Shown here: positions 39,785 through 48,884 of the stretch, piece by piece
Layout: each line of letters starts with the position of its first letter
Numbering within the stretch: the stretch's first letter is position 1
Origin: Collinsella sp.
Lineage (GTDB): Bacteria > Actinomycetota > Coriobacteriia > Coriobacteriales > Coriobacteriaceae
Length of the DNA: 64,000 nucleotides
NCBI GenBank assembly: GCA_041330285.1
Contig: JBGKMI010000001.1
Span: forward strand, 304,630-368,629
Direction: 5' to 3'
Program-made: the position numbers and the translations under genes
The notes under the pieces: model-generated
What the model was told of the DNA's origin: nothing
Seen by the model: the letters and a program-made list of their open reading frames with translations, nothing else
Database searches by the model: none

Positions 39785-40207
39785 ATGCCCGATAAGAAGC
39801 TAACCGAAGAGTTGCTCAACGAGCTGCTTGATGCCCCGAGTATCGAGGGCTATATCAAAGAGCACGACTTTACCGCCCCGTCGCTTTCGGAGTATCTGAA
39901 TCAGCTTTTGGAAGAAAAGGGGTTGGAGCGTTCGCGCGTGGTGCGTATGGCCGACCTCAACGAGACGTTTGGCTATCAGATCTTTACCGGTGCGCGGCAT
40001 CCGAGCCGCAATAAGGTGCTGCAGATTGCCTCTGCCATGGCGCTGACGCTCAAAGAGACCAACCGCGTCTTGACGGCGGCGGGCGCCAATGTCCTCAACT
40101 GCAAGGACCGCCGTGACGCCATCATCATTTTCTGTATCGATCGTGGCTGCAGCCTGCAAAAGCTGAACGAGGAACTGTATCGCTTTGGCGAGGAGACGGT
40201 GAGTTGA
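39785..40207 (+). CDS. XRE-like helix-turn-helix protein
   Basis: LSEYLNQLLEEKGL..SRVVRMADLNETFGYQIFTGARHPSRNKVLQIA...RRDAIIIFC. Confidence 0.8.
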   Translation: MPDKKLTEELLNELLDAPSIEGYIKEHDFTAPSLSEYLNQLLEEKGLERSRVVRMADLNETFGYQIFTGARHPSRNKVLQIASAMALTLKETNRVLTAAGANVLNCKDRRDAIIIFCIDRGCSLQKLNEELYRFGEETVS

Positions 40208-40293
40208 CGGCTAGCTGCCGGCGGAAGCGCCGTTCACGACATTTTGAACGTGCAGGGCACGGGCGTCATGGGGCGTCCGTGCCCTGCGTTATT

Positions 40294-41694
40294 ATGGACG
40301 CTATGGATACTCAGAGCCCAACATATTCCGATGATGAGCTGACCGCTGCGCTCGCCGGACATCTGGCGTCACTTGAGCGTGATGACAGTTATCGCGTAGA
40401 CCGTGTGCTCAAGCACTCCGACGTCGAGACGACCGAGCTCGTGTACTTTGAAGGCTCCGGCGGAGGATCTCTTGGCCCCTTTGTTCGCAAGCGCATCGAC
40501 GCGTCGGCTCAGATTGGCGGGGCGTATGAACGCCTGTTTGCGGCCCAGCATGCCGGGCGACGTTACGAGCACTTGCCTCGGATTGTCGATTGCCGCCGCG
40601 TGGGCGACGAGCTCTGCGTGGTCATGGAATACATCGAAGGCGAAACGCTCGGGGTCCTGGTGGGGCGTTTGGGCGCGACGCCCGATTATGCTTGTGAACT
40701 GTTTGGCGCCCTTTGTGATGCGGTTGCGGAGCTCCATGCCGGCTTTGCGCCGGCGGGGGAGATGGCCGCTCCGGTGATCCATCGCGACCTAAAGCCCTCG
40801 AATATCATCGTGTCGGGCGCGAACTATACGCCCGATACAGGCATGACGTTTTCATCGCTGGTGATTATCGACTTGGGAATCGCTCGCGTGTGGCGTGAGG
40901 GAGCCGATGCCGATACCGTTAAGTTTGGCACGCGTCCCTATGCGCCACCCGAGCAGTACGGTTTTGGCCAGACGAGCGTGCGCAGCGATGTCTATGCGCT
41001 CGGCGCCCTGCTGTTCTTTTGCCTGACAGGGGCCGATCCCAAGCCAGGTCGGAACATGCGCGAGCAATGCGAGGCACGTGACGTCCCCGCCTCGCTTGCC
41101 GATGTTATTTGCATGGCGATGGCGCTCGATCCGGACAAGCGCTTTGCAAGCGCGAAGGCGCTAGGGCACGCTGCGCGCGCATCGTATGCGTTGTCCGCAC
41201 CGACGCCGTCGTGCGCGCCGAATGCTGCTCCCTTCCAAGAGCCTCCAGAGCGGCGAGTTGTGTGCCCTGCACCCGTGCTCTCCGCAGATCAGTCTCAGGG
41301 TGGATTGCCGTTGGTGCCTGAGCGCCTGAGTTTACTCTCCCGCATTCCCGACACCATTGGGCGCATTTGGAACGCATTCGTCTATCTTTCGCTACTTGTT
41401 TTCTTTGCAGGAAGCCATGTTGCCGTTTTTCATCCCACGGGCGCCAGCCAAAACTACCCGATGTGGTTTCTCGCGATTGAGTATTTTATCTTCGTCGACG
41501 GTCTCGTAGTGCTCATTCATTTTGTGATGCTCGATAAACGCCGCCTTCGCCGGCGGTTTGAGCTACTCGATAGATATCGCGGTAAAAAGCTTGCAAAGCT
41601 CTGGCTCAAGGCTATGGGTGTGCTCTTGTTGGCAATGATTATCATTGTTGCCATTGCAAACGCGACTGGCGTCGTCGATACCTCCGCTGCCTAA
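40294..41694 (+). CDS. Hanks-type Ser/Thr protein kinase with C-terminal TM helices
   Basis: VMEYIEGETL, IHRDLKPSNI, IDLGIAR, GTRPYAPPEQ and SDVYALG. Three hydrophobic C-terminal segments. Confidence 0.9.
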   Translation: MDAMDTQSPTYSDDELTAALAGHLASLERDDSYRVDRVLKHSDVETTELVYFEGSGGGSLGPFVRKRIDASAQIGGAYERLFAAQHAGRRYEHLPRIVDCRRVGDELCVVMEYIEGETLGVLVGRLGATPDYACELFGALCDAVAELHAGFAPAGEMAAPVIHRDLKPSNIIVSGANYTPDTGMTFSSLVIIDLGIARVWREGADADTVKFGTRPYAPPEQYGFGQTSVRSDVYALGALLFFCLTGADPKPGRNMREQCEARDVPASLADVICMAMALDPDKRFASAKALGHAARASYALSAPTPSCAPNAAPFQEPPERRVVCPAPVLSADQSQGGLPLVPERLSLLSRIPDTIGRIWNAFVYLSLLVFFAGSHVAVFHPTGASQNYPMWFLAIEYFIFVDGLVVLIHFVMLDKRRLRRRFELLDRYRGKKLAKLWLKAMGVLLLAMIIIVAIANATGVVDTSAA

Positions 41695-41697
41695 AAG

Positions 41698-41722
41698 AAA
41701 AGGGTCCCGATTGGGGCCCTTT
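41698..41722. terminator. Terminator between convergent genes
   Basis: AAAGGGTCCC-GATT-GGGGCCCTTT. Confidence 0.65.
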
Positions 41723-41732
41723 GACGTTGATC

Positions 41733-42866
41733 TTAGATGCGGTTCATCTGGGTTGCAACCTTGTTGTACCAGTCCTGCCACGTGGGCGGGCAGTACTTTT
41801 TGGCGGCTGCCGGGGTAAGCGTGGAGCCATAGTTGGCGCCCAGGTAGGCAACGTGGGCAGAGACGCCCTCGCTCCAGCTACCAAAGCTCCGCCAGCCGCC
41901 GCCGCGGGCGCTCCAGCCCCAAGCGTTATAGGAGCCGGCACAATAGAGCCCCTTGCTGCTCTCGATGCAGGCGATGGCGGGAGACCAGCGAGGGTCAACA
42001 CCGGTGTTCCAGGCTGCCACGGCAAAGTTGTAACCCTGGCCTGCCATGGGGGAGCCAGCGAGGTAGTTGTCGATGCGACTCGTCCACTCGTTGATAAACG
42101 AGTCGTAATCGGAGTTGCCGGTATTGGAGTTGTTCACCGTGGTGTCGATGGTGGTGTTGGCGTTATTGGCCTGGCTGTTGGAGTTGTTTCCGCTCACGCC
42201 CTCGCCCGAGAGCTTCTCGGCGGCAGCGGCCTTGTCGGCCTCGAGCTTGGCCAGCTCGGCGGCATTCTCCTGCTCGGCCTTTGCCTGGGCTTCGCTGCGA
42301 AGCTGCTGGGCCTGTGCCAGTGCGTCCTCGGCGGTTTTCTGCTCGGTCTCGAGTTGGGACTTGGCCTGCTCGAGCTCGGTCTTGTTCTGCTCGAGCTCGG
42401 TTTGCATCTTGTTGAGCTCTTCGATCTCGTCGACGCTCGAGCTCGTGATCTGGTTGGTGTACTTGCAGGTGGTGATGAACTCGCCCAGGCTCTGCGCGTT
42501 GACCAGGAAGCTCACGATGGGGTTGGTGCCCTTCTGGTACTTATACAGATCGCGCATGGCGGAGCTCGCCTTGGCCTGTTGATCGGGAAGCTCGGTTTCG
42601 ATCTTCTCGATGCTTGCCTCGTTAGTGTCGATTTGCTTCTGCAGATCCTCGAGCTTGGTGCGGGCCTCGTTGTAGGCACTCGTGGCGGTTTCGATCTTCT
42701 GCTGGGCAGCGGAAAGCTGATCCTGCGTTGCCTGCGAGGCGGCATAGGCTGCGACGGGGGAGAGCATCGGCGCAGCCGTCAGTGCAACGGCGAGCGCGGC
42801 GCTCGTGATGATACGAGCCGGCTTTGACGCGATGAGCGCTGCGGTGCGATGGTTCGAATGCTGCAT
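41733..42866 (-). CDS. Secreted coiled-coil (PcsB/CwlO-like) cell-wall hydrolase with lysozyme-like C-terminal domain
   Basis: Signal peptide ending AYA, long coiled coil, and GVDPRWSPAIACIESS.G...YNAWGW...KYCPP. Confidence 0.75.
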   Translation of the reverse strand: MQHSNHRTAALIASKPARIITSAALAVALTAAPMLSPVAAYAASQATQDQLSAAQQKIETATSAYNEARTKLEDLQKQIDTNEASIEKIETELPDQQAKASSAMRDLYKYQKGTNPIVSFLVNAQSLGEFITTCKYTNQITSSSVDEIEELNKMQTELEQNKTELEQAKSQLETEQKTAEDALAQAQQLRSEAQAKAEQENAAELAKLEADKAAAAEKLSGEGVSGNNSNSQANNANTTIDTTVNNSNTGNSDYDSFINEWTSRIDNYLAGSPMAGQGYNFAVAAWNTGVDPRWSPAIACIESSKGLYCAGSYNAWGWSARGGGWRSFGSWSEGVSAHVAYLGANYGSTLTPAAAKKYCPPTWQDWYNKVATQMNRI

Positions 42867-43180
42867 CCAGTCCCTCTGCAATCAATCGTAGGTTATGGTT
42901 CGAAAGGTATTCTACTACTGCTTTCGACCTCAACTTGAACCTTAAAGGTTCTAAAGGGTCAAGTTGAACTTGAGGTTTTGGCCTTGACCTGCAGTTATAG
43001 TGAATTGTTAAGAAACCATAGAGTTCAACTTTAACGTTACGGAACCCTGCGGGCTCGATCATAAGCGCCTGCTTGCCATAGATATGGTGGAACTTTGGGA
43101 AGCGGCGGTTTGGCACGCTAGAATAAACCAGTTGCATAAAGACCGCCCATCGTACGGGCAGTTGATGATAGGAAGTTTCC

Positions 43181-44437
43181 ATGGCATTGCAGTTTACTGA
43201 GCGCGAGTTTATACCCGTGCTGCTCGGCGGCGATATCAACGCCTATTCGGTGGCGCGCGCCTTCTACGAGGAGTATCAGGTCAAGAGCCTGGTCTTTGGC
43301 AAGTATCAGACGGGTCCTGCATACCGCAGCCAGATTATCGACTATACGCCCAATGTGGATATCGACACCATGCCGGTCATGATCGAGACCGTCAACGGCA
43401 TTGCACAGGCCAATCCCGATAAGAAGATTATCCTCATGGGCTGCGGCGATAACTACGTCGCGCTTGCCGCACAGGCTCAGGATGCCGGCCAGCTTGCCTC
43501 CAACGTCATCGCGCCCTATGCACCCTACAGCATGCTCGAGCAGTGCCAGAAGAAGGAGATCTTCTACGAGCTGTGCGAGAAGCACGGTGTCCCCTATCCG
43601 CACACGTTTACCTTTACCATGGCGATGCTCAACGCCCAGGGCGAGGCTTCCGCCGAGGTGCTCGACCAGATTGACTTCCCTTTCCCGATGATTCTGAAGC
43701 CCTCTGACGGCATCATGTGGTGGGAGCACGAGTTCGAGGGCCAGAAGAAGGCCTACGAGATTGCCGATCGCGCCGAGCTGGAGCAGGTCATTCGCGACGT
43801 GTACGCCAGTGGCTACACCGATGATCTCATCTTGCAGGACCGCGTGCCCGGCAACGACGAGTACATGCGCGTGCTTACCAGCTATTCCGACCGCAACGGC
43901 AAGGTTCGCATGATGTGCCTGGGCCACGTGCTGCTCGAGGAGCACCAGCCTCACGGCGTCGGCAACCATGCATGCATCATTACCGAGCCTAACGACGAGC
44001 TCATGGGCGGCGTGCGCAAGCTGCTTGAGGACCTTAAGTTTACGGGCTTCTCCAACTTCGACGTCAAGTACGACCAGCGCGATGGTTCGTTTAAGTTCTT
44101 TGACTTCAACACGCGTCAGGGCCGCAGTAACTACTACGTCACCAACAGCGGCTTTAACGTTGCCAAATACGTGGTGGATGAGTACGTGTACAACCGCCCG
44201 TTTGAGCCTGAGTTTGTGACGGCGCAGGACGAGGCGCTGTGGATGGTCGTCCCCATGGGCGTCGTTGACAAGTATGTCAAGGACCCCGAGCTACGTGCGA
44301 AGGCGCATCGTCTGGCCAAGGAGGGCAAGGCTGCCGATCCTTCGTTTATGAAGGGTGATTTTGTCTTTAACCGCTGGTTGCGCATGTGGCACACCAAGCT
44401 GCGTCACTTTAAGCTGTTCAAGACGTATTACAAGTAG
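43181..44437 (+). CDS. ATP-grasp carboxylate-amine ligase, D-aspartate ligase-like
   Basis: LLGGDINAYSVARAF, FPMILKP, GNH, NFDVKYD.RDG and FNTRQGRSNYY. Adjacent to a racemase. Confidence 0.85.
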   Translation: MALQFTEREFIPVLLGGDINAYSVARAFYEEYQVKSLVFGKYQTGPAYRSQIIDYTPNVDIDTMPVMIETVNGIAQANPDKKIILMGCGDNYVALAAQAQDAGQLASNVIAPYAPYSMLEQCQKKEIFYELCEKHGVPYPHTFTFTMAMLNAQGEASAEVLDQIDFPFPMILKPSDGIMWWEHEFEGQKKAYEIADRAELEQVIRDVYASGYTDDLILQDRVPGNDEYMRVLTSYSDRNGKVRMMCLGHVLLEEHQPHGVGNHACIITEPNDELMGGVRKLLEDLKFTGFSNFDVKYDQRDGSFKFFDFNTRQGRSNYYVTNSGFNVAKYVVDEYVYNRPFEPEFVTAQDEALWMVVPMGVVDKYVKDPELRAKAHRLAKEGKAADPSFMKGDFVFNRWLRMWHTKLRHFKLFKTYYK

Positions 44438-44521
44438 ATGAGCGCGGCGCCCGCCCGGTTTGCATCGGATGGGCGCGGGCATGATACGAGCAATTGCATG
44501 GGCGTCACCAAGGAGGCGGCG

Positions 44522-45268
44522 ATGGAAAAGCTGGGAGTTATCGGCGGCATGGGCGCTGAGGCCACGTCGTATTACTACGACCAGGTCGTGCGTCATACGG
44601 CTGCTACCTGTGATCAGGAGCATATCGACATGGTGGTACTTTCCAAGTCGACCATGCCCGACCGTACGCTGGCCATCAAGACCGGCGAGCATGCCGAGCT
44701 GCTGGCGACCATGAAGGAATGTGCGCAGGCGCTCGAGGGGCTGGGCTGTGCGCATATCGCCATTCCCTGCAACACATCGCACTACTTCTACGACCAGATT
44801 CAGTCGTTTACCGAGGTGCCGATTATCCATATGCCGCGCGAGTCGGTTCGCTATGCCCTGGCGGGCGCGGTGATGGGGGAGTGCGAGTTCGACCCTGACT
44901 TGAGCATGCCGGCCGAGCCGGTGCACAAGATCGGCATTATGGGTACCGACGGCACCGTGGGCGCCGGCGTCTACGGGCGCGAGTGTAAGGCGGCAGGTGT
45001 CGAAGTTGTCTATCCCAGCGAGAAGCGTCAGGCCGACGTGATGTCGCTCATTTACGACGACGTGAAGGCCGGACGTGAGCCCGATATGGATAAGTTCGAT
45101 CGTGTGATGTGGGAGTTCGCTCGCAGCGGCTGCGATCGCGTTATCCTGGCCTGCACCGAGCTCTCGGTGCTGCAGAAGTACCGCGAGATGCCCGAGATCA
45201 CCCTCGATGCCATGGACGTCCTGGTGCGCGAATCCATCATCCGTAGCGGAGCCCCCTACCGCCTGTAG
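44522..45268 (+). CDS. Aspartate/amino-acid racemase
   Basis: LGVIGGMG, DQEH, PDRT, and catalytic Cys motifs IPCNTSH and LACTEL. Confidence 0.9.
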   Translation: MEKLGVIGGMGAEATSYYYDQVVRHTAATCDQEHIDMVVLSKSTMPDRTLAIKTGEHAELLATMKECAQALEGLGCAHIAIPCNTSHYFYDQIQSFTEVPIIHMPRESVRYALAGAVMGECEFDPDLSMPAEPVHKIGIMGTDGTVGAGVYGRECKAAGVEVVYPSEKRQADVMSLIYDDVKAGREPDMDKFDRVMWEFARSGCDRVILACTELSVLQKYREMPEITLDAMDVLVRESIIRSGAPYRL

Positions 45269-45274
45269 CCCTCG

Positions 45275-45309
45275 ACCTGCCAAAAAGGGACAGGTTTATT
45301 TTGGCAGGT
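45275..45309. repeat. Short extragenic palindrome
   Basis: ACCTGCCAAAA...TTTTGGCAGGT 11-bp arms around AGGGACAGGTTTA. Confidence 0.5.
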
Positions 45310-45327
45310 TTTATCTGCGAAAACAGT

Positions 45328-45365
45328 AAGGCCGCGACTCGTTTGATGCGAGCCGCGGCCTTTTT
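45328..45365. terminator. Intrinsic terminator between convergent genes
   Basis: AAGGCCGCGACTCG...CGAGCCGCGGCCTTTTT. Confidence 0.8.
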
Positions 45366-45392
45366 CGTTTGTCGGTTTCCGGTGGCGATGGG

Positions 45393-46139
45393 TTAGAACA
45401 GGAAGCCGAGGACGATGAGGGCAATGCTGATAATAAGTACGGCAATGTCCAGGCCCTTGATGGGGTAGCGCTTATACGAACTCTCACGCGTACGCAGATA
45501 GAAGCCGCGCTGCTCGGCGGCAAGCGCGGTGGCATCGGTCTTGCCCACGCTAGATATAAGCAGTGGAACGCACAGCGGCAGCATGAGCTTGAGCTTCTTG
45601 ATGGGGTTTTTGGTGTCATATTCGACGCCGCGTGCGGTCTGCGCCTCCATGATGGCGTTCATCTCCTGGCCAAACACCGGCACAAAGCGCAGTGCCGTGG
45701 TAAAGGTGAAGGCGTAGCGATACGGCACGTGCAATACCTCCACGCAGGCGTTGGCAAGGTCGTTGAGCTTGGTCACCATGAGCATCAGAATAAGCGGAAG
45801 CGCCACGCCCAGCAGACGCAGGCAGGCCTTGGAGCCGGTGACGAGGCCCGTGTCGGTAACGAAGCCCCACACGATGTTGCCATCGCGCATAAAAGCCAGC
45901 TGCAGCACCAGCATGATGAGCGCGAGCGGAATCAGCAGCTTGAGCAGCGCGAGCAGGCGGTCGACGACGCCGGCGTAGGTTCCCAGCGCGAGCGTAAGTG
46001 CCAGAAAGCCCAACAGTGCCACATAGGTGTCGGACAAGAAGATACCGATGATGATGGCGGCGGCGAGGCCCAGTTTGATGACGGGGTTCAGGCGGTGCAG
46101 CAGCGTGTCGCCCGGCATGTAGTCGATGACGTTAACCAC
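45393..46139 (-). CDS. ecfT: ECF transporter T component
   Basis: LHRLNP..KL, ALRFVP, and coupling motifs AQTARG and AEQRGF. GTG start overlaps the ATPase stop. Confidence 0.9.
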   Translation of the reverse strand: MVNVIDYMPGDTLLHRLNPVIKLGLAAAIIIGIFLSDTYVALLGFLALTLALGTYAGVVDRLLALLKLLIPLALIMLVLQLAFMRDGNIVWGFVTDTGLVTGSKACLRLLGVALPLILMLMVTKLNDLANACVEVLHVPYRYAFTFTTALRFVPVFGQEMNAIMEAQTARGVEYDTKNPIKKLKLMLPLCVPLLISSVGKTDATALAAEQRGFYLRTRESSYKRYPIKGLDIAVLIISIALIVLGFLF

Positions 46140-47883
46140 GGCGGACCATCTCCTCGGTAATGCGAACGATATCAGTGACCTCACTCACCTGCGTAAAGGA
46201 GGGCGAGACGGTGGATGCCAGACGGCGCGAGAGTTCGATGACCTGGGGCGGCTCAACGTAGGCACGCTGCATGAGTTCGATGTTCGAGAATAGCTCGTGC
46301 GTGCGGCCGCGGTCGAGGATGCGACCGTTGGCCATCACCACGATGCGCTCGGCAAAGTCGGAAACGACTTCCATGTCGTGACAGACCATGATGACGGCGC
46401 AACCGCGCTCTGCCATGGTGCGCACCGTTTCCATGACGGTCATGCACTCGCGGTAGTCCAGGCCGCTCGTGGGTTCGTCGAGCACCACGATCTTGGGCTC
46501 GACCACTACAACGGAGGCGAGCGCCACCATCTGGCGCTGGCCGCGTGACAGCGAGAACGGTGCCTCGTCGGCGGGCAGGCCAAAGCGGTCGATGACCAGC
46601 TGGGCGCGACGCAGGGCTTCGGCGCGGTCGATGCCGGCAAGCTCTAGACCAAAGGCGACCTCGTCGAGCACGGTGTCTTTGCAGATTTGGCGGTCGGGGT
46701 TCTGGAGAAGCGTTGCCACTTCGCGTGCGATGCGGCTCGTGGGAACCGATGCCGTGTCCAAGCCCGTAACGCGTACGCTGCCCGATGCGGGCTTGAGCAA
46801 ACCCGTGAGAAGTTTGGTGAGCGTGGTTTTGCCGGCTCCGTTTTGGCCGACAATGCCCACGAGCTCGCCGGGGTAGAGCGTCAAGTTGAGGTCGTGAACG
46901 GCGGCGCCTCCATGGGGGTAGGAAAACTCGACATGGTCAAAGGTGAGCACCGGCTCGGCGTCTTTCGCATGCGGGCGCAGCGACGGCGCGTGCGGGGAGC
47001 CTGCGGGCGCCTGGGTATCGCTTGTCGCACGGTCGGGGTCGACGATTTCCGTGATCAGGCGTTCTGCCTCGTCGACATCCAGACAGGGCGTGCCGCTTAC
47101 CAAGCCATCGGCCTCGAGACTGTTGAAGATGCGCGTGACGCGCGGACAATCGACGCCGATGCTGCGAAGCTCGTCGGTGTGCGCAAAGACCTCATGCGGC
47201 TCGCCTTGCAGCGCGATCTGGCCGTGATCGAGCACCAACACGCGGTTGCAGTACTCCGAAAGTAAAGCGACCTTTTGCTCAACGACGACGATGGTGATGC
47301 CGAGCGTGCGGTTTGCCTCGCGCAGCGTCTCGAAGACCAAGGTGGAACTGGCGGGGTCGAGTGCTGCGGTTGGCTCATCGAGCACTAAGACGTGCGGACG
47401 CATGGCGAGGATGGCGGCGATAGCTACCTTTTGCTTTTGGCCGCCCGAGAGGGTGGCGATCTCGCGGTCGCGCAGGTCGCTGATACCGACGGTCTTAAGC
47501 GTCTCGCTCACGCGCTGCTCGATCTGGTCATGCGGAACGCCAAAGTTCTCGAGGCCAAAGAGCATTTCGTCCTCAACGACCGAAGCGACCACCTGCGTGT
47601 CGATGTCCTGTAGCACGCTGCCGACGATCTGCGATATGTCGGTGAGCGAGACCTCGCAGGTGTCGTGGCCGTCAACTAACACGGAGCCATAAAAGGCGCC
47701 GGTGTAATGGTGAGGCACAGCGCCCGACAGACAGGCGGCAAGTGTGGACTTACCAGCGCCCGAGGGCCCGATGATGCCGATGAAATCTCCCTTGTTCACG
47801 CTGAGCGAAACGTGGCTGAGCGCCTGCTCGGTTTGCGTGCCATAGGAGAACGAGACATCGTCGACGTTGATGATCGTTTCCAT
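46132..47883 (-). CDS. ECF transporter duplicated ATPase
   Basis: Two ABC domains: GPSGAGKS/LSGGQKQ/LDEPT and GQNGAGKT/LSRGQRQ/LDEPT. Confidence 0.92.
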   Translation of the reverse strand: METIINVDDVSFSYGTQTEQALSHVSLSVNKGDFIGIIGPSGAGKSTLAACLSGAVPHHYTGAFYGSVLVDGHDTCEVSLTDISQIVGSVLQDIDTQVVASVVEDEMLFGLENFGVPHDQIEQRVSETLKTVGISDLRDREIATLSGGQKQKVAIAAILAMRPHVLVLDEPTAALDPASSTLVFETLREANRTLGITIVVVEQKVALLSEYCNRVLVLDHGQIALQGEPHEVFAHTDELRSIGVDCPRVTRIFNSLEADGLVSGTPCLDVDEAERLITEIVDPDRATSDTQAPAGSPHAPSLRPHAKDAEPVLTFDHVEFSYPHGGAAVHDLNLTLYPGELVGIVGQNGAGKTTLTKLLTGLLKPASGSVRVTGLDTASVPTSRIAREVATLLQNPDRQICKDTVLDEVAFGLELAGIDRAEALRRAQLVIDRFGLPADEAPFSLSRGQRQMVALASVVVVEPKIVVLDEPTSGLDYRECMTVMETVRTMAERGCAVIMVCHDMEVVSDFAERIVVMANGRILDRGRTHELFSNIELMQRAYVEPPQVIELSRRLASTVSPSFTQVSEVTDIVRITEEMVRRG

Positions 47884-47901
47884 GGATACCTTTCATAGTC
47901 A

Positions 47902-48088
47902 TTGGGGACGTTCTTACATGACTGGTCGTTTAGCAACGTCCCCAAAAGCTCGTTGTTTGGGACTGTCTTTGGCGGTGAAGCACGAAGACGGCTTTACGAG
48001 GGGCCCAGGTTGGCGCGAAAGAGGAGCGAAGCGTACTTGGGTACGCGAGCGACGAATGAACGCCAAGATGGGGTGGCTCGTAAAGCCG
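47902..48088. repeat. Intergenic palindromic elements inside the ECF operon
   Basis: TTGGGGACGTT/AACGTCCCCAA (47902-47945) and CGGCTTTACGAG/CTCGTAAAGCCG with nested TTGGCG/CGCCAA and GCGTAC/GTACGC (47989-48088). Confidence 0.6.
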
Positions 48089-48094
48089 AGCAGG

Positions 48095-48670
48095 TTAGCT
48101 AAGCTTAAGTGCCTTCTGGATGGGCAGGTAGAGGGCGCCGACCAGGATGGCGTTAAACACGGCGGTCATGGCGACGACGGGCAGCATGGCTGCGGCGAGC
48201 TCGCTTACCACGCCGAGCATGGCCATCTTGATGACCATGAAGATGACGCCCGAGACAAAGGTGGTCACGAACGTTGCGACGATGGCGACGGCAGGCTTAA
48301 CCTGGCCGTCCTTGGCGGCGGCGTTGACGATGAGGGCCATGAGCATGGCGGCGATGCCCTCGGCGGCAAAATCGACAAACGGCGAGGTGGTAGTGATCTG
48401 GATCACGGCCGCCGAGATGAGGCCAATGACGAGCGCCTGACCAATGTTGGGACGAACGACCAGGATGGTGAGGCAGAAGGCCGAGATGATGAACTCGGGG
48501 CTGATCATACCGCCCGAGATGCCCGAGATTGCCTTGCCGACGGTGAAGTTGAGGATGAAGCCGGCGGCAAGCAGGATGGCGAGCAGGACAAGAGCGCGGA
48601 TATCGAGTTTACCGCGGTCGGCGGTCTGGACGGTGCGGGGCTGGGCGGTGGCGGTGGTGTTCTGAGACAT
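48095..48670 (-). CDS. ECF S component, TrpP-like tryptophan transporter
   Basis: Small TM-rich protein (LVLLAILLAAGFIL..GGMISPEF..ILVVRP) resembling TrpP. A Trp-rich leader lies upstream. Confidence 0.75.
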   Translation of the reverse strand: MSQNTTATAQPRTVQTADRGKLDIRALVLLAILLAAGFILNFTVGKAISGISGGMISPEFIISAFCLTILVVRPNIGQALVIGLISAAVIQITTTSPFVDFAAEGIAAMLMALIVNAAAKDGQVKPAVAIVATFVTTFVSGVIFMVIKMAMLGVVSELAAAMLPVVAMTAVFNAILVGALYLPIQKALKLS

Positions 48671-48748
48671 GGTGAAAGTCCTTTCAAAAAGGGGAGTGTA
48701 AGAGAAAAACGGAGGCGCGTGATGCGAATGCGATCGGGCTCGAGATAG

Positions 48749-48779
48749 AAAAAGGCCCCCGGTCGAAACCGGAGGCCTT
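48749..48779 (-). terminator. Attenuator terminator in the leader of the ECF operon
   Basis: Minus strand AAGGCCTCCGG-TTTCGA-CCGGGGGCCTTTTT, between the leader peptide and the S-component gene. Confidence 0.85.
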
Positions 48780-48818
48780 CCAATCACCTAGAGCGCAAAA
48801 ATAGGCGTGAGGGACTCA

Positions 48819-48884
48819 CTATCGACCGATCGTATTCGCATCACGCCACCACCAGTTGTTGAGGGACTTCATCGTGGTCATCAT
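48819..48884 (-). CDS. Trp leader peptide MMTTMKSLNNWWWRDANTIGR
   Basis: GAAAGGAG SD, three tandem TGG codons, followed by a terminator. Confidence 0.85.
   Translation of the reverse strand: MMTTMKSLNNWWWRDANTIGR

Noticed and set aside
42870..43180. c-di-AMP (ydaO) riboswitch upstream of the cell-wall hydrolase
   Set aside because: The conserved ydaO motifs could not be found on the minus strand.
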